Assembly: GCF_018350175.1 (NCBI RefSeq)
Contig: NC_058368.1
Span: 84,632,001 to 84,696,000 of the forward strand
Source: Felis catus
Taxonomy: Eukaryota
Direction: 5' to 3'
Length of the DNA: 64,000 nt
Positions 25,261 through 37,929 of the stretch are shown piece after piece. Each line of letters opens with the position of its first letter. Positions within the stretch are counted from its first letter, which is position 1. The position numbers were made by a program, and so were the translations under genes. The notes under the pieces are model-generated. The model saw only the letters and a list, made by a program, of their open reading frames with translations, searched no databases and had not been told where the DNA came from.

Positions 25261-28200
25261 GTGAAAAGTGTACCTAAATTTCTGGTGTGATACCAGAGTG
25301 AAGTGGACACAATGGGCCTGGAGGTGGGTGAGGTGGTGGCCCCTGCTGAGGACTGTGCTGGCCCTGGGTCAGTGTGGAGGTCCCAGGAATCAGCTGGATG
25401 GAAATTCAGGTGCCCATGTTCCATCCTGTCACAGGGAATGACCCACTCTGGAGGTGGGGGACGTGCTTTCAGGTGCTGCTGATGGGAGCCAAGGACTGAG
25501 ACATGCTGGCAAGGACCTAGTGGGTGGACGGGCCACAGCAGTGAGTGAGGCTCAGTCATACCAAGCTCCTTCATTTACCTGAAGGGGACTCTGGGGACTC
25601 CCATCTCCTGCCCCTGTTCCTCAGATGCAGAAAGACACTGATGTGGAGACCCATGTGCAGGAGGACGTGAGGCGTCAGGTGAGCACTCTGGCACCTGCAG
25701 ACCAGGAGGTCCCCTGGAGCTAACTATCAATTCCATGCCTGCCCCTTCCTGGTGAGGACAGGCCCACCAACCCACAGCCTGCCTCTTCCCTGCTGTCACA
25801 CCTCAACGGAAGGTGAATCAGTGGCCAGGTGATGATGTTATTTGTTGTTCACCCACACAGATTTCAAGATATTGATACATGAAGAGTATTTAGGTGACAC
25901 CACTTGTGTGTCCGCAGGACAGAGTCTGGTGTGCAGCATCCCAGACATGCCTGGGGGCCTGGTGACCTTGGTCTGCTGTGTGTCCAGACATAGACCAGCA
26001 GGGAGGCGGGCAGGGCACTCTTTCCTTTTCACTGTTAGGCTGTGCATGTAAACAATCAAGCTCTGGGTGAAAGGCCGCTATCTGGGCCAGCATCACAGAA
26101 ATTGTCCCTGCATCCTGGAGAACACAAATTCTGTGTGATCTCAGTGCAGTGTGTCCCCTAGATGACCTCCAGGGGGGATGCATGGGGTAATCAGACCTTC
26201 TGGGTCCTATGTCAGAAGGTTGTACCCTGGTCATAAAATGACAATTTAACATGTCAGGATGTTTCACTGCTGCTGCCAAGATTGTTTACATTAATAACTT
26301 GTTTGTTCTGGAAAAGTAAACTGAAGCTACATGCACAAAATCACTACATTACAGAGACAACAAAGGGGGAAGGAAAGCATGAATATCAAGAAATCCAGCT
26401 AATTCTGACTTAGCATCGGGCCACCTGCTCCCTCTGCTCACTGAACCTACAAGATAACCCCAGGTGAAGTTTTTGCTCTTGAAGGTGTCAGGAGAAAGGG
26501 ACTGGATTTTCATTCAACAGTTCATTCTGGAGACCTCAGTCCAAGGAGATCTGGTGCTTCATGCCAGCAGCACACGACTGACTGTGAGGAAGAGACAAGA
26601 CCTCAAGCTAAGGATCCCAAATTCATGGTGCTCCTCCACACTTCTTCTCCTCATCCATGTGTGGGTGTGGTGGGGTTACAATTCTGAAAGCTCAGATCTG
26701 TTAGTGCCCAGAAGGATCCAGTGTTCCCCAGAGCCCTGGTCATGGCCAGAAACCTTTCGTCTGAGGATGGAGGCTCCATACTGGTGGACAGTTCGAGAGC
26801 TGTCACCACACCCCATCTCCAAATCCTATGTCCTATTATTTCCTTTGGCCCCACCCCTGACTGCACTGAGGGAGGGTTCTAGGTCCTGGCGCTGATGCTG
26901 ATGGTGCTGGGAGTCCCACAGGGTACAATCTGGGTCTGTTAGGGGGTGTGTAGGTGGAGGAGGGATGAGGGCTCAGGGGCCAACCTGGCTCAGGTTCATG
27001 TAGGTGGAGGACTGAGTGGACAACCTGGCTCTGGGTGTATGAACCTCTGATGTTGTCTCTCAGTGTTGCTGAGATCCCTTTCTCCAATAAGAAGACTTAT
27101 CAGGGGCCAGAGGCTACAGTCCAGATGTCACTATGTGAGCAGGTACTCTTTCCAGGAAGGTCTTCACCCACAGATGGTAAAGCCACCTGACCTCAGCCCC
27201 ACTGAGGCTTGAAGAGTCACAGGCATCCAAGACTTTTCCTAAATGATTACATGGTTGAAGAAACATGGGAACAGAGATGGTTACAGTCAGGGAAAACTTA
27301 CCTTATATGATAAAGGGCACTGGAATAGTTAAAATACCTACCTGTTCTTTACAAAAGGTGAGAAGCCAGTTAACCTGCCATTCTACCTACCTTTGTCCAA
27401 GCTCTTGTTATGCCCAGTGGCTTGTGTTGAAGGAACCAGTAAGCCTGGGACTTGGGTACATGCCAGCTCATGGAGTGTCCTGTCTGAATGCAGACTTCTC
27501 CAGGCACATCCTGTGTCTGCAGTGCCCTCACAGTGGTGCTGGTTGGAAGAACTACTTCCCCAGTGGCCTCCAAGTACACCTGCAAAACAAGCCAGACGCT
27601 ATGTCTTGTATGGTCACAATCTTCTGCAGAGTTATGGGCATAAATTACTCCTGCATCACCCAGGCCAGACAGCCAAGGCTCAGGGTGTCCTGGGGATGAC
27701 CTACCTGGGAGGCACGTCTGCCACTGAACCACTAAATGGCCTTAGTGAGTCATTATGCAGAGTAGTCCATGAAGCACTCTACAGGAGCCCAGGATGCAGA
27801 AGTTTGAGGTTGGACACTGAACCCAAAGAGGGACACAAGGGCACCATTGGTCACCTCATCCCACCTGCAGCCCTGAGGAGAAGGGTTGAGAGATGCCCAT
27901 GGGGAGTGCATACTTGATGCCTGTTTGAAGCACCCAGAGTCTGAAATGTTCCCAACAGTTATGGCCATGGACCTTTCAGAGCTGTGGCTTTAGTCCCCAA
28001 CTCCCTACCATGGTCCTGTCCTGAAGCTCCATCTGCCCTGTGGTCTCGTCTCCATTTGAATTTAATGCATGGTTTACCAAACAACAAATCATGCTGACTC
28101 TGGGTTCAGGGAAGTACTCTATCCTGTTCACCAGGACAATTCTTTAGGGAAAAGGCACTTAATAAAGATTTGGAGTCAGTGGGGACTCGGATGAACAGCT

Positions 28201-29319
28201 ACTGTTTAGATATTACACCATATCACATAGAACTAGATTGAATTAGACTGTATCTTTCTATGTGGCTTGACCTAAAGAACAATGTATTCATTAGTGCAAA
28301 ATACCAGCAGGCACTTACCCACTGGGTAAGGGTTCAATCCCTGTGCTCATGGAGGTAATGTTCTGGGAGAAAGAACACAGTGAAGTGAGGCAATCACAAT
28401 GAGTCCTGGGGCCAGAGTGTTAGCTCAGGGGATGGATTGAGAAGGCGATGGACTAGTTTGTCAAGGGAGACTTTCTCCTAAGGGTTCCTAAAGTAATGCT
28501 GAAGGGACCAGGCACATGGAGATTCACCCTCACAGTACCCGGGGAATTGCTGCAGTTGTGCCTGGATCAGCCCCTCCAGTCCTCCACCATGCAGTCCAGT
28601 CCTCCCACTGCTGCCACACTGAGGAGCACAGCATGAACAAGCTGACTCATCTTCAGTTTCCCTGTGTGGAATTTAAATGCCTGACTTTGAGAAGTGGTTA
28701 TGGACATCACTTCCATTTCAGGAAACCCACTCTTGCAGGAAAGTGTTAGTGTTAAGTGTGACAAAAAAAAAAGTTTCCCAAAGATATGTTTTACTTAGAC
28801 CATAATGAATGGACTCTCCCATTTGAGGGGCCAGACTGATGGACTGTATGGGGAGGTGTTCTGGTAGAGACATGCTTGTGTTGAAATGACTTGGAGGTAC
28901 AAGGATATTCCCTTCAATCTAATTGGAGTGATCTGAAAAGTCAACTTATTCCAGCCATTCTGTGTCACTGTGGAGATGATGGCTCTGTCTAAAGAGAATA
29001 AGAGGTAACCTGTCAGGAAACAAGCACCTGAGGCTTAGAGCTCAGAGATGGCTGGACCAGGGATGGGCATGGTCCTGGATGTATGTATGAAGGGAGAACA
29101 ACTCTTTAGACCCCTGGTTCTTAAGTCAGTGGTGAGAGGTCCACATCCCTAGGTGGTGCCAAGGTGGATGTCAGAGGACCCCACACCTGCTTCAGGTTCA
29201 TGCAGAGAGAGGGAGAGACTGGCCTTTGTGCTTCCAGGTGAGCTGACCACCAGGCTATTCTCCATTTGTGACTCCATGTGGTGGTGATGTCATTCCCAAG
29301 CAGACATTTGTGAAGGTTG

Positions 29320-32300
29320 GGTATAAAGGAGTGTGTCCCATAACACACAAGTCAGCACACCAGCTCAGAGCTCCCCCCACTCCTGACCTGATCCCTATCA
29401 GGAGGTCCTGGGGGATGGTACTTAGGCTGAGGACACATATAAGTGGGGCCACCTTGATTTAAGTTTTGACAAATCCGAAGACCCACAACAATCTTTTCAG
29501 TAAACCCTTCCTTACCTACTTCCTTCAGTGTAAACTAAACCTCTCCATGCTGTCAACACACAGTACACACTTCCCAGCCTCCCCACTGGCTCTTGAAATC
29601 AGCAATCTTCTTACCATCTTAGACATCATCCATCTTAGAGATTCCAGCCTCTCTCTTCCCAAGTCCACCTCAAATTTATCTTTTCCCAAAGAGCCAGGTT
29701 CTTCTTCTCACTTCTTCCCAGGTTCTATAAGCACACTTCCTTGAGCTCCATAGAGAGATTATGACGCTATGCTCTCCTCCACCTTGGCTGCAGCCACAGG
29801 CAAGCCCTAGCTCATTGGATCCTACAAGGGGCCTGAGCTCCCATGTAGTCCCTGGATGTGAAAGGGGCCATCTCCAGGAACAAGCAGTACCTCAAACCTT
29901 ACTTTCCACCTTCTTTCTGTCCCATTCATGACTGATTCTCATCTCTGCCTTTTAGAAGAGTCCAACTTCTTCCATATCTTCAGACTACCTCTAGTAGTCT
30001 GCCTTACTTTATCCAGCTTCTCTGCCTTACTTTATCCTGCTACCCCTCCACCTGGATCCACCAGTAGGAATGTGGATGTCTCCCCCAAATCCTGCAGTGC
30101 TTCTGTGGCTCAGCGAAGAAAGCCCACCCTTTATGTGACTTCCTCTAGCCTCTAACTGCTTGCCTTACCCCACAGCATCTCATCCAGAGACAGGGTTTGG
30201 TCTCTGGAATCTCTCTGCCCTGGTTGCCTAGTTGTCTTGTCACATTTGATCTTAGAAGGTCTGCATCAGACAGGAACCTATAGTCAGGAAATATCTGCTG
30301 TGGTGGCCAGAGTTTGGAAACTTCACATCAAGGTCCAACCTCAAGTTTAGCAACAATCTGCCAGGAGGTCTCAGCCTAGAAATGTTTTATGCAGAAATAC
30401 CTGTACAGACATACTGCTTCTCTTTTCCTTTCTATCAGAATGTCAACTTCAGGTGGTGTTGGGCTCTAGAAGTCAATGTATTGGGAAATATTGATGGGGA
30501 CAAGCAGGTTGTGCTCAGTGCTCAGTGTCAGCTCCCTGTAGTTCACTGACACTTTTTCAGATCCATGGAGACCTCCTCACGCAATCAGGAAAATGGTGAT
30601 TATTCATAAGATGTGTTCATAACTACAAGCTGAACTGCACATCAGTATCACCGAGGGGTTGTTTTTCCTAAATTAATTATTCAGAAATGATCATTCAAAA
30701 TTATTTTTTAACGCTCATATAAATTGTAAACTCATATCATGCCCCCAGTCATGGAGATGACCCCACGTTTCCCTGCTTCCATTTTATGACATCTTGGGTG
30801 GGTGAGTGCAGAGACATCACCTCTTAGACAACATCTCCTGGAAGGGAAAAGCTTCCAGAAAGTCCATAGTGTATGCAAAGAATCTCTCCACCTTATGGAG
30901 CTGAAGCTGTCTCTCTCCCCACTGCTTGGCCTGTTCTTCTAGGGCTTCCACCTCTCCCTCCAGGTGGGAACACCTCTCCTTTATCTGGAGGACCTCAACC
31001 AATTACTCCTCTGTACCCAGGGCCTGAGTCTCCTCTGCAAATTCCTCCCATCCCCCATCCTTATGTCTGGAAGTGAGTTTTAATAAAAAGTCTTTGAACC
31101 ACTTGTCTTTCTCTTCTTTGATTGAATGGTGTTGTTTTCTTGTGAGGAGAACTCCCCAAAAGAGAAAGGTTGCACAGGTGACAGTCCACAAGGACCTCTT
31201 GCTGAAGTCCATCTCAGACCAGTGGGAACTCAGTTGCCCTGTTTCTTCCTGTGTTGAAGGTTTCCCAGTTGACTTGGTGTCCTGGAGACTTGTTTGCCCA
31301 GTATAAAGCTGGGTTAGAGGAGTCATTACCAAAGAGCTCCCCATAGACCTAGTATTCTGTACATCCGATTGTCCTATAATGTGCTGGGTGGCAGGGGTTT
31401 TGTTCTGAAGCCACCTGGCTAGCCTGTTGTCTGGGGAGATTCTATTCCAGCATTGGGATGTGGTAATTATGGTCCACGGGCTCCAAGTTTGTCTGGTGTT
31501 CTCACAACTAGGTTTCCAGGTCTCTGCTGGCTTGGAGGTCTCCCATCAGAGGGCATATGGTAAGTCTGGTGTCTGAGTTGTCCATGTGTCATGGAGATGT
31601 CATGGTCTCAGGGATTCCAGTGGGCCTGGTATTATGGGGACTTGGTTGCTCCATTCTCTGCTAAATTAGAAGGCTCCTCCGATTTGTCTCAGATTCCAGG
31701 TGACTTCTTTTCTTGCTGCAGAGTTGGATTGGAGGACTTATGCTCCTAAGGTTCCTGGTCATCCTGTTGTCCAGATAACACATTTGTCCAGTGCTGAGCT
31801 TGGCTAGTAGGCTTGTTATGTAAGGGTTCCCAGTAAGCCCAATGTCTGAGGGACTCATTTGCCCAGTGCCAAGCTTGGTTGCAGAGGTTTGGGTCAATGT
31901 ACTCCTGGAAGTCTTGGTATTCTTGGGACTTGATGGCCTTATTCTCTGCTGGGTTGGGGAGCTTGTTGTCTGAGGGCTCCTGCACTGTCCAATGTCCTGG
32001 AAACTCATCTGCTCAGTGCCAGATGGGGTTGGAGGTCTCCCAGCCTGAGGTCAACCGTTTTCTGGGGAAACTGCCCTGTGCTCTGTTGGTCAGGCCTTTT
32101 GATAAGAGGGCTTCTGGTCAGCCTGGTATCCAGGGGATTCTTGTGTACAGTGCTCAGCTCTTTTGGTAGGCTTGTGGTTTGAGGGCTCCTGGTGGGTGTA
32201 GTGTTCTGGGGACTCGATGACCCTGTGCTCTGCTTGGTTGAAAGGCTCATGAGCTGAGGGCTCCTTGTCAGCACAGTATACAGATGACTCCTTTTTCAAG

Positions 32301-32875
32301 TGCTGAGCTGGGTACAAGGACATGGGCCGAAGGATTCCAGTTGGTCTGGTGTTGTGAGGACCCAATAGCATTATTCTCTTCTGGGAAAGAGAACTCCAAG
32401 TTAGAGAACTCCCACTCACCATGTCTAGGGGTCTCCTTTGTCAGTGTCCATCTGGGTTGGAAGGCTCATGGTTTTCAGGTTCCTCCCAAGCCTGGTATTC
32501 TTGGACTTGGCTGCCTTCTGATCTTCTTGTTTGGAGGGCTACTGTTCAGAGGAATGTCCCTCAGCCTGGTGCCCAGGGTCTTCACTTGCACATTGCCCAG
32601 CTGGGTTGGAGGTCTCAGGTGTCCCAGAAGGCCTGGTGTTCTGGGCACTCAATTTTCCTGTCCTTTGTTGAATTTGAGGGCTCCCACTTAGCCCACTGTC
32701 TGGGTGATTCTTTTTCCCAGTGCAGACATGGGTTGCATTTCTTATGCTCTTAAGGCTCCTAATGGCTCCATTGTCCAGGTGTCATGTTTGTCCGGTGCTA
32801 ACCTTGGTTGCAGGGGTTTGGCAAGAGTGCTGCTGGTAAGCCTGGTGTGTGGGCACTCAATTGCCCTATGATTCA
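29320..32875 (-). pseudogene. Cassette B: disabled gene body with a 75-bp coding-type repeat plus downstream flank; 5' end cut by L1
   Basis: Minus-strand peptides repeat every ~25 aa (EPSNHKPTKRAEHCTQESPGYQADQ; EPLHNKPTSQAQHWTNVLSGQQDDQ; WHWANES) with in-frame stops; inverted homology to 44500-46800. Confidence 0.7.
31345..32875 (-). repeat. Diverged ~75-bp tandem repeat, about 21 units
   Basis: Equivalent gcctggt...ggact motifs at ~31763, 31838, 31912, 31988, 32121, 32196, 32270, 32345, 32420, 32490, 32564, 32631 and 32840. Confidence 0.85.
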
Positions 32876-34265
32876 CTGGAAGTCATAGATACAGAAATTA
32901 GGAAACCAAAAGAAAGAAAAGGCATCCAAATTGTTAAGGAAGAATGAAAACTTTCACTATTTGCAGATGACATGATACTCTATAGATAAAACCCTAAACA
33001 CTCTACCAAAAAATACTAAATCTGATAAATGAATTCAATAAATTTCAGGATAATGAATGAATGTTCAGAAATCTGTTGCATTTCTATCCATTACTAATGA
33101 AATAGCAGAAAGAAAAACTAAGAAAACAATGCCACTTGCAATTGCACCAAAAATAATAAGATGCTTAAGAATAAACCTAACCAAAGGGGTGAAAGGGCAT
33201 TGAGGAGGGCACCTGTTGGGATGAGCACTGGGTGTTGTATGGAAACGAATTTGACAATAAATTATATTTAATATAAAAATAATCAACGTGAATATGAAAG
33301 ATCATACTCATCCAAAGTAAAAAAAAAAAAAGGAAAAGAATAAGAATACAAAGTTGCAAATAAAATTTTAGATAGAAATAAGAATTTACTTAGAATAACA
33401 AAGAAATTATAACAAATTACAAATTTAACAAAGTTTCCAAATACTATAAACATTAAAAAATTCAGAAAAATATAATGTTTTTATTAAATAACTACCTGTC
33501 AAGTTTCCATATTTTTTCTGTTTTTTGCTTGCCTATTCTTTGATTGCTTTTTACGTGACAATGCTTTTCTGTTACCCTGTGCAAAGAGAGAATAAAAAGA
33601 GAATTCAGTCTTTCCTCCAGAAAAAAAATATACTCTGAAATCTACAAAATATGGATGAAAGAAATTGAAGATGACACAAAGAAATTATAAGCCATTCAAT
33701 ATTCATGGATAGGAATAACAAATATTAATAAAATGTATCTACTACCCCAAGCAATCCACAAATCCATGCCATATCTATCAAAATACCACCAGCACTTTTC
33801 ACAGAACTAGAGAAAACAATCCTAAAATTTATATGGAACCTCAATAGAGCAAGAATATCGAATGCAATCTTAAAAACTAAAAACTGGAGGCATCACAATT
33901 CTGGACTTCAAGTTACATTACAAAAGTGTCATAAACAATACAATATGATGACATCATAGAAACAGACATATAGATCAGTGGAATGGAAAGAAAACTCAGA
34001 GATAAACCCACAGTTATATGGTCAATTATTCTTGGACAAATCAAGAAAGAACGAACAATGGGAAAAAAATCTCTTCAGCAACTAGTATTGGGAAAACTGG
34101 AAAGCAACATGCAGAAGAATGAAACTGGAGCACTTTGTTACAGCATACAAAAAAGTAAATTCAAAATGAATGAAAGACCTAAAGATGAGACCTGAAGTCA
34201 TCAAAATCTTAGAGAACAGAGGCAGTAACCTCTTTGACATTGGTTGTAGCAACTTCTCATCAATG
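32876..34265 (+). mobile_element. LINE-1 ORF2 fragment (RT FADDM region onward)
   Basis: ctttcactatttgcagatgacatgatactc; GINLTK-like and later ORF2 motifs; interrupted at 33195-33628. Confidence 0.92.
33195..33628 (+). mobile_element. Short young L1 3' end with probable 3'-transduced sequence
   Basis: 33195-33270 matches 8398-8470, followed by non-L1 DNA, AATAAA at 33591 and A8 at 33621-33628; host L1 then resumes. Confidence 0.65.
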
Positions 34266-36130
34266 ACACTGAAGTGTGTAACAGAATTCATTTTGTACTT
34301 ACAAGTTGAAAATGTTCCTCAGTGTATGCTTTGAAACAGTTATATGAGTTTGAAAAACATATGTATCAATGACCAGTCCTGCTCTTGATCAATTAATAAA
34401 ACAGTATAATTTAATTCTCAGTGGAAAAAATAAACTATATAGAGATGAAAATAACACAGGGACACATATATGACATAGAAATATAAAATAGAAAACACCT
34501 AACCATAAAAAAGCACATACATTTAGCATATTGTAAAATGAAATGTTACTTGAATAAAACCAGTCACTAATGTAGCTCAGGTTTTGTTAAGATTTCATGT
34601 CTACCCACAATAGACACACACATTATACAACTGTTGTGACTCTGTTACGTTTTGATGACTTTCAGAAAGGTGTTCTTCTGTATCTTTCATGCCCCCAGTG
34701 GGTTCTCAACTTTGCTACTTAGAGCTTGTCTGATTCAATTGAATTATAAATATAATATGCCTAGTACCCACCAGTTGTTCACAGTGGACCATTGGTCAAT
34801 GTCAAGATACTCAACAGTGTGGCTATTTCATTTCAATCTGCATCCATTGAAATAGAAGTGATTTAAAGCCATTTCAAAAATTTTGTTATAAGTGTTTCAG
34901 TGCCTGTACCCCATACAATTACCAAAAAGTATCATTTAAGAGAGATTTCATCTTCTTTGCATATAATCCTATGTTGTTGTAAATGTTAGGCACCCATAGA
35001 TAGACATTTAAGTAATCCATGATGAGGTTTTCCACCAGGGTCACCTGTAATATTGATACTTCCCTTCCCTCATTTAAACCTAGCCCAGGAAAACCGTGTT
35101 TGCTGTCTTGTTGTTGTTTGTTTGTTTTCACAAGTGTAAGCTAAATATATTGAATAAGCATGTTATAATAATAGTCTTGTTTCCAAAAAATACACTGAAA
35201 TCAAGGTGTTTTAAATTTACTCTTTTTGGATTTCAATCCAGCTTTCTTTGTTTTTGAATACTATTAATACTAATTTGTGTAAGGGTCCTGGTGAAAACAG
35301 AAATGCCCTTAACCCTTTCTGTGTTGGGAACACTTTGAAATTTATGTCACTAAGACTGACAGTGTTAATGATAAGCAACACTGGAAGGACAGGAGTTACA
35401 CTGCAGTGATCCAGGCACTTGTCCTTCAGAAACACACTCTGTGCTAATGTAAGTACAGAGAGGGTAATTCTCATACACTCACTGGGTCACACTCTGATTC
35501 CATACAGTCAAGAGGGCAGGTTTGCCAAGGAGAACCCTGAGGTGTGCTGTGTCCCAGAAATGCACCACACCTCTGTAAACTCTTTAGCATAAACATGTTA
35601 AAATGGATAGAAAATTAATGCCCTACTTCATCAGATGTGTGCATGTGTCCTCTCTCTGTGGTGATCTTGTTTGCCTTTCTTTTTCTGTTTTCCCCACATC
35701 TCCTTTTCTAGATGATCAGAGCAGCTGCCACAGGTTGTGTGTGTGTGAGTGTTGGTATTTATACATTTATGATCATGGCTCCTAACAGAAAAAACTGCCT
35801 TAGAAAAGTGTTTTCTATTTCTCTCTTTCATAACACAAAATTATGTTTCTATCAAAGAACTGGTCTTAACCTGAAAAACAAAATTGTTTCATTTCTTGGT
35901 TTATGTTATTCAACAGCAAAACAAACCAAAAATGTCTTTTTGGAAATTATTGTTAATCATAATAAATTACTCAATTTCTTGCTGGAAGCCACAAATTGAT
36001 ATTTTGTACCTACCCACTATTATTTGCACACATGCACTTATACATACTATACCTGCAGGAGACTAAATTTAATCGAAAAGTCTCAAATGACATTCTTCAA
36101 TTGCCAGCTACTTTTAATTGTAAACCAAAC

Positions 36131-36316
36131 TATTTATTTGAGAGAGAGGATGAGAGTCAGGGAAGGACAGAGAGAGAAGGAGTAAGAGAATCAAAACAGG
36201 CTCCACACTGTCAGTGCAGATCCTGATGTGGGGCTCAAACCCACAAAGTATGAGATCATGACCTGAGCTGAAATCAAGAGTTGGATATTTAACCAAGTGA
36301 GCCACCCAGGCTCCCC
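36131..36316 (-). mobile_element. Can-SINE
   Basis: tatttatttgagagag...gagccacccaggctcccc. Confidence 0.9.
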
Positions 36317-36379
36317 TTGCAGTGTATATTTTTGGTACTGAGAACAGTAAATTAAGTATTTAGACACACAAGTTTTGTG

Positions 36380-37496
36380 TCAGACATGCCACTTGATGTG
36401 TATCAGGAGTTTTATTGTGTGTACTGATAGTTGTGTTCACTACACTAGTGTATATACCAGCATGTGTACTTATGTCTGCCACTGTGTGTGCTAATGTGTT
36501 CTAGGTGTACCAGTGTGTACTAGTGTGTATAATAGCATATGTACTACAGTATGTGCTAGTATGTGTACTAGGTGTGCCAGTGAGTGTACAGCTAATGCTA
36601 GGGTGCGCTCATGTGCATATTAGCATGTGTATTTGTGTGTGCTTGTGTGTGTACTAGTATGTATGTTCAGTGTGCCAGTAAGTGTACAACTAATCCTAGT
36701 GTGTCATAATGTGTATACTAACATGTGATATGTGTGTGTGCTAATGTGTTGTAGGTGTGCCAGTGTGCACTTGTGTGTATACCAGTATATGTACTAGAGT
36801 GTGTGATAGTATGTGCACTAAGTGTGCCAATGAGTGTACAACTAGCACTAGTGCACACTCATGTGTATATAGCAAGTGTACTTGTGTCTGCTATTGTAGT
36901 TGCTTGTATGTGTACTAGGTGTGCCAGTGAGTGTAGAAATAATGCTGGAGTGTGCTCTTGTTTATACTAACGTGTACTTGCATATGCTTGTGTGTGTGCT
37001 AATAGTTGTACTCGTGTGAAATAATATTTGGGAACTAGCATGTGTACAAGTGTGTATGAGTGTATATGAGATGTGCTAATATATGCTAGTATGTACTAGT
37101 GTGTGTACTAGTAAATGACAGTGTATATACTAGCGTGCACTAGTATTAACATATATACTAGTGTGTGATAGTGTGTAATAGGTTTACAACTCTGTGTGCT
37201 AGCTAGCATGTGTTCTAGCTGTGTGTTAGTACTTGTGCTACATTGAGCATAGCTTGTGTGCTGCAGTGTATTAGTGCGTAGTAGTATGTACTGGACATAC
37301 TATTGTGTGTACTGACATAGCAGTTTTATACTAGCGTGTACTCATGTGTTTACTAGCCATTTACTTGTATTTGTGCTAATATGAGTACTAATTTGTGTGC
37401 TATTGTATCCTAGTGAGTAGTAGAGTGTGCTAGACATGATGCTGTGGTCTACTGTGTGTCCTAAATGTGTACTAATGTACACCCCTGTGTACACTA

Positions 37497-37536
<40 letters not shown>

Positions 37537-37565
37537 ACGCTAGTGTGTGCTAGGTGTGTGCACTA
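36380..37565. repeat. Complex degenerate TG/CTAG-rich simple repeat with higher-order units
   Basis: Recurrent gtgtgtactag and gtgtgccagtgagtgtaca; ends in a pure (TG)n at ~37504-37533. Confidence 0.9.
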
Positions 37566-37569
37566 GGAA

Positions 37570-37886
37570 GAATAATGGAGGATTGCATCACAAATGACAT
37601 CATGGCAACATCCCAAGCAGTATGCCTTGGGAATACATGATGTCATAGAGGACCAGCCAATCAGAATCCTCCCCAGCCTGTGGTCCTCTGGTGGGTGGCG
37701 GTGGTTGGGAGTGAAGGCAGAGTTTGAAGCAGGAGTTTCCAGGGTACCCACAGTCCTGGACCTAGGAACCTCCCCACAGTGGGCGTGCAGCATAGCTCCT
37801 GAAGTTCCACCCCCTGGAGTCCCTCCCTCCCACATCTCCTCAGATATCCTGTCACCTGAGCCTGCAGTTATCTACTTCAGGTGAGT
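37570..37886 (+). promoter_or_regulatory. Putative promoter and first exon (CRE-like, X-box-like, CCAAT, splice donor)
   Basis: tgacatca~37595, catggcaac~37601, tgatgtca~37638, gccaatcag~37656; CAG|GTGAGT at 37880/37881. Confidence 0.4.
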
Positions 37887-37929
37887 TACTTTTTAGGGAA
37901 TGTTCATCACTTGTGCTCTGAATTAGTTT

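Noticed and set aside
27400..27960. RING finger or RTP-family assignment
   Set aside because: Cys/His spacing could not be completed in any frame
29998..30037. Short direct repeat tctgccttactttatcc (similar duplications at ~961-1008 and ~24073-24110)
   Set aside because: Common slippage-type duplications with no further structure
30330..31180. Shared flank interpreted as a solo LTR (AATAAA at 31082)
   Set aside because: Homology continues ~1 kb on one side and into the gene-like body on the other, and no TG...CA ends or TSD were seen; not fully excluded without a Dfam search
31345..32875. CRISPR-like array
   Set aside because: Mammalian DNA; units are diverged along their whole length, with no constant repeat/unique spacer pattern and no cas genes
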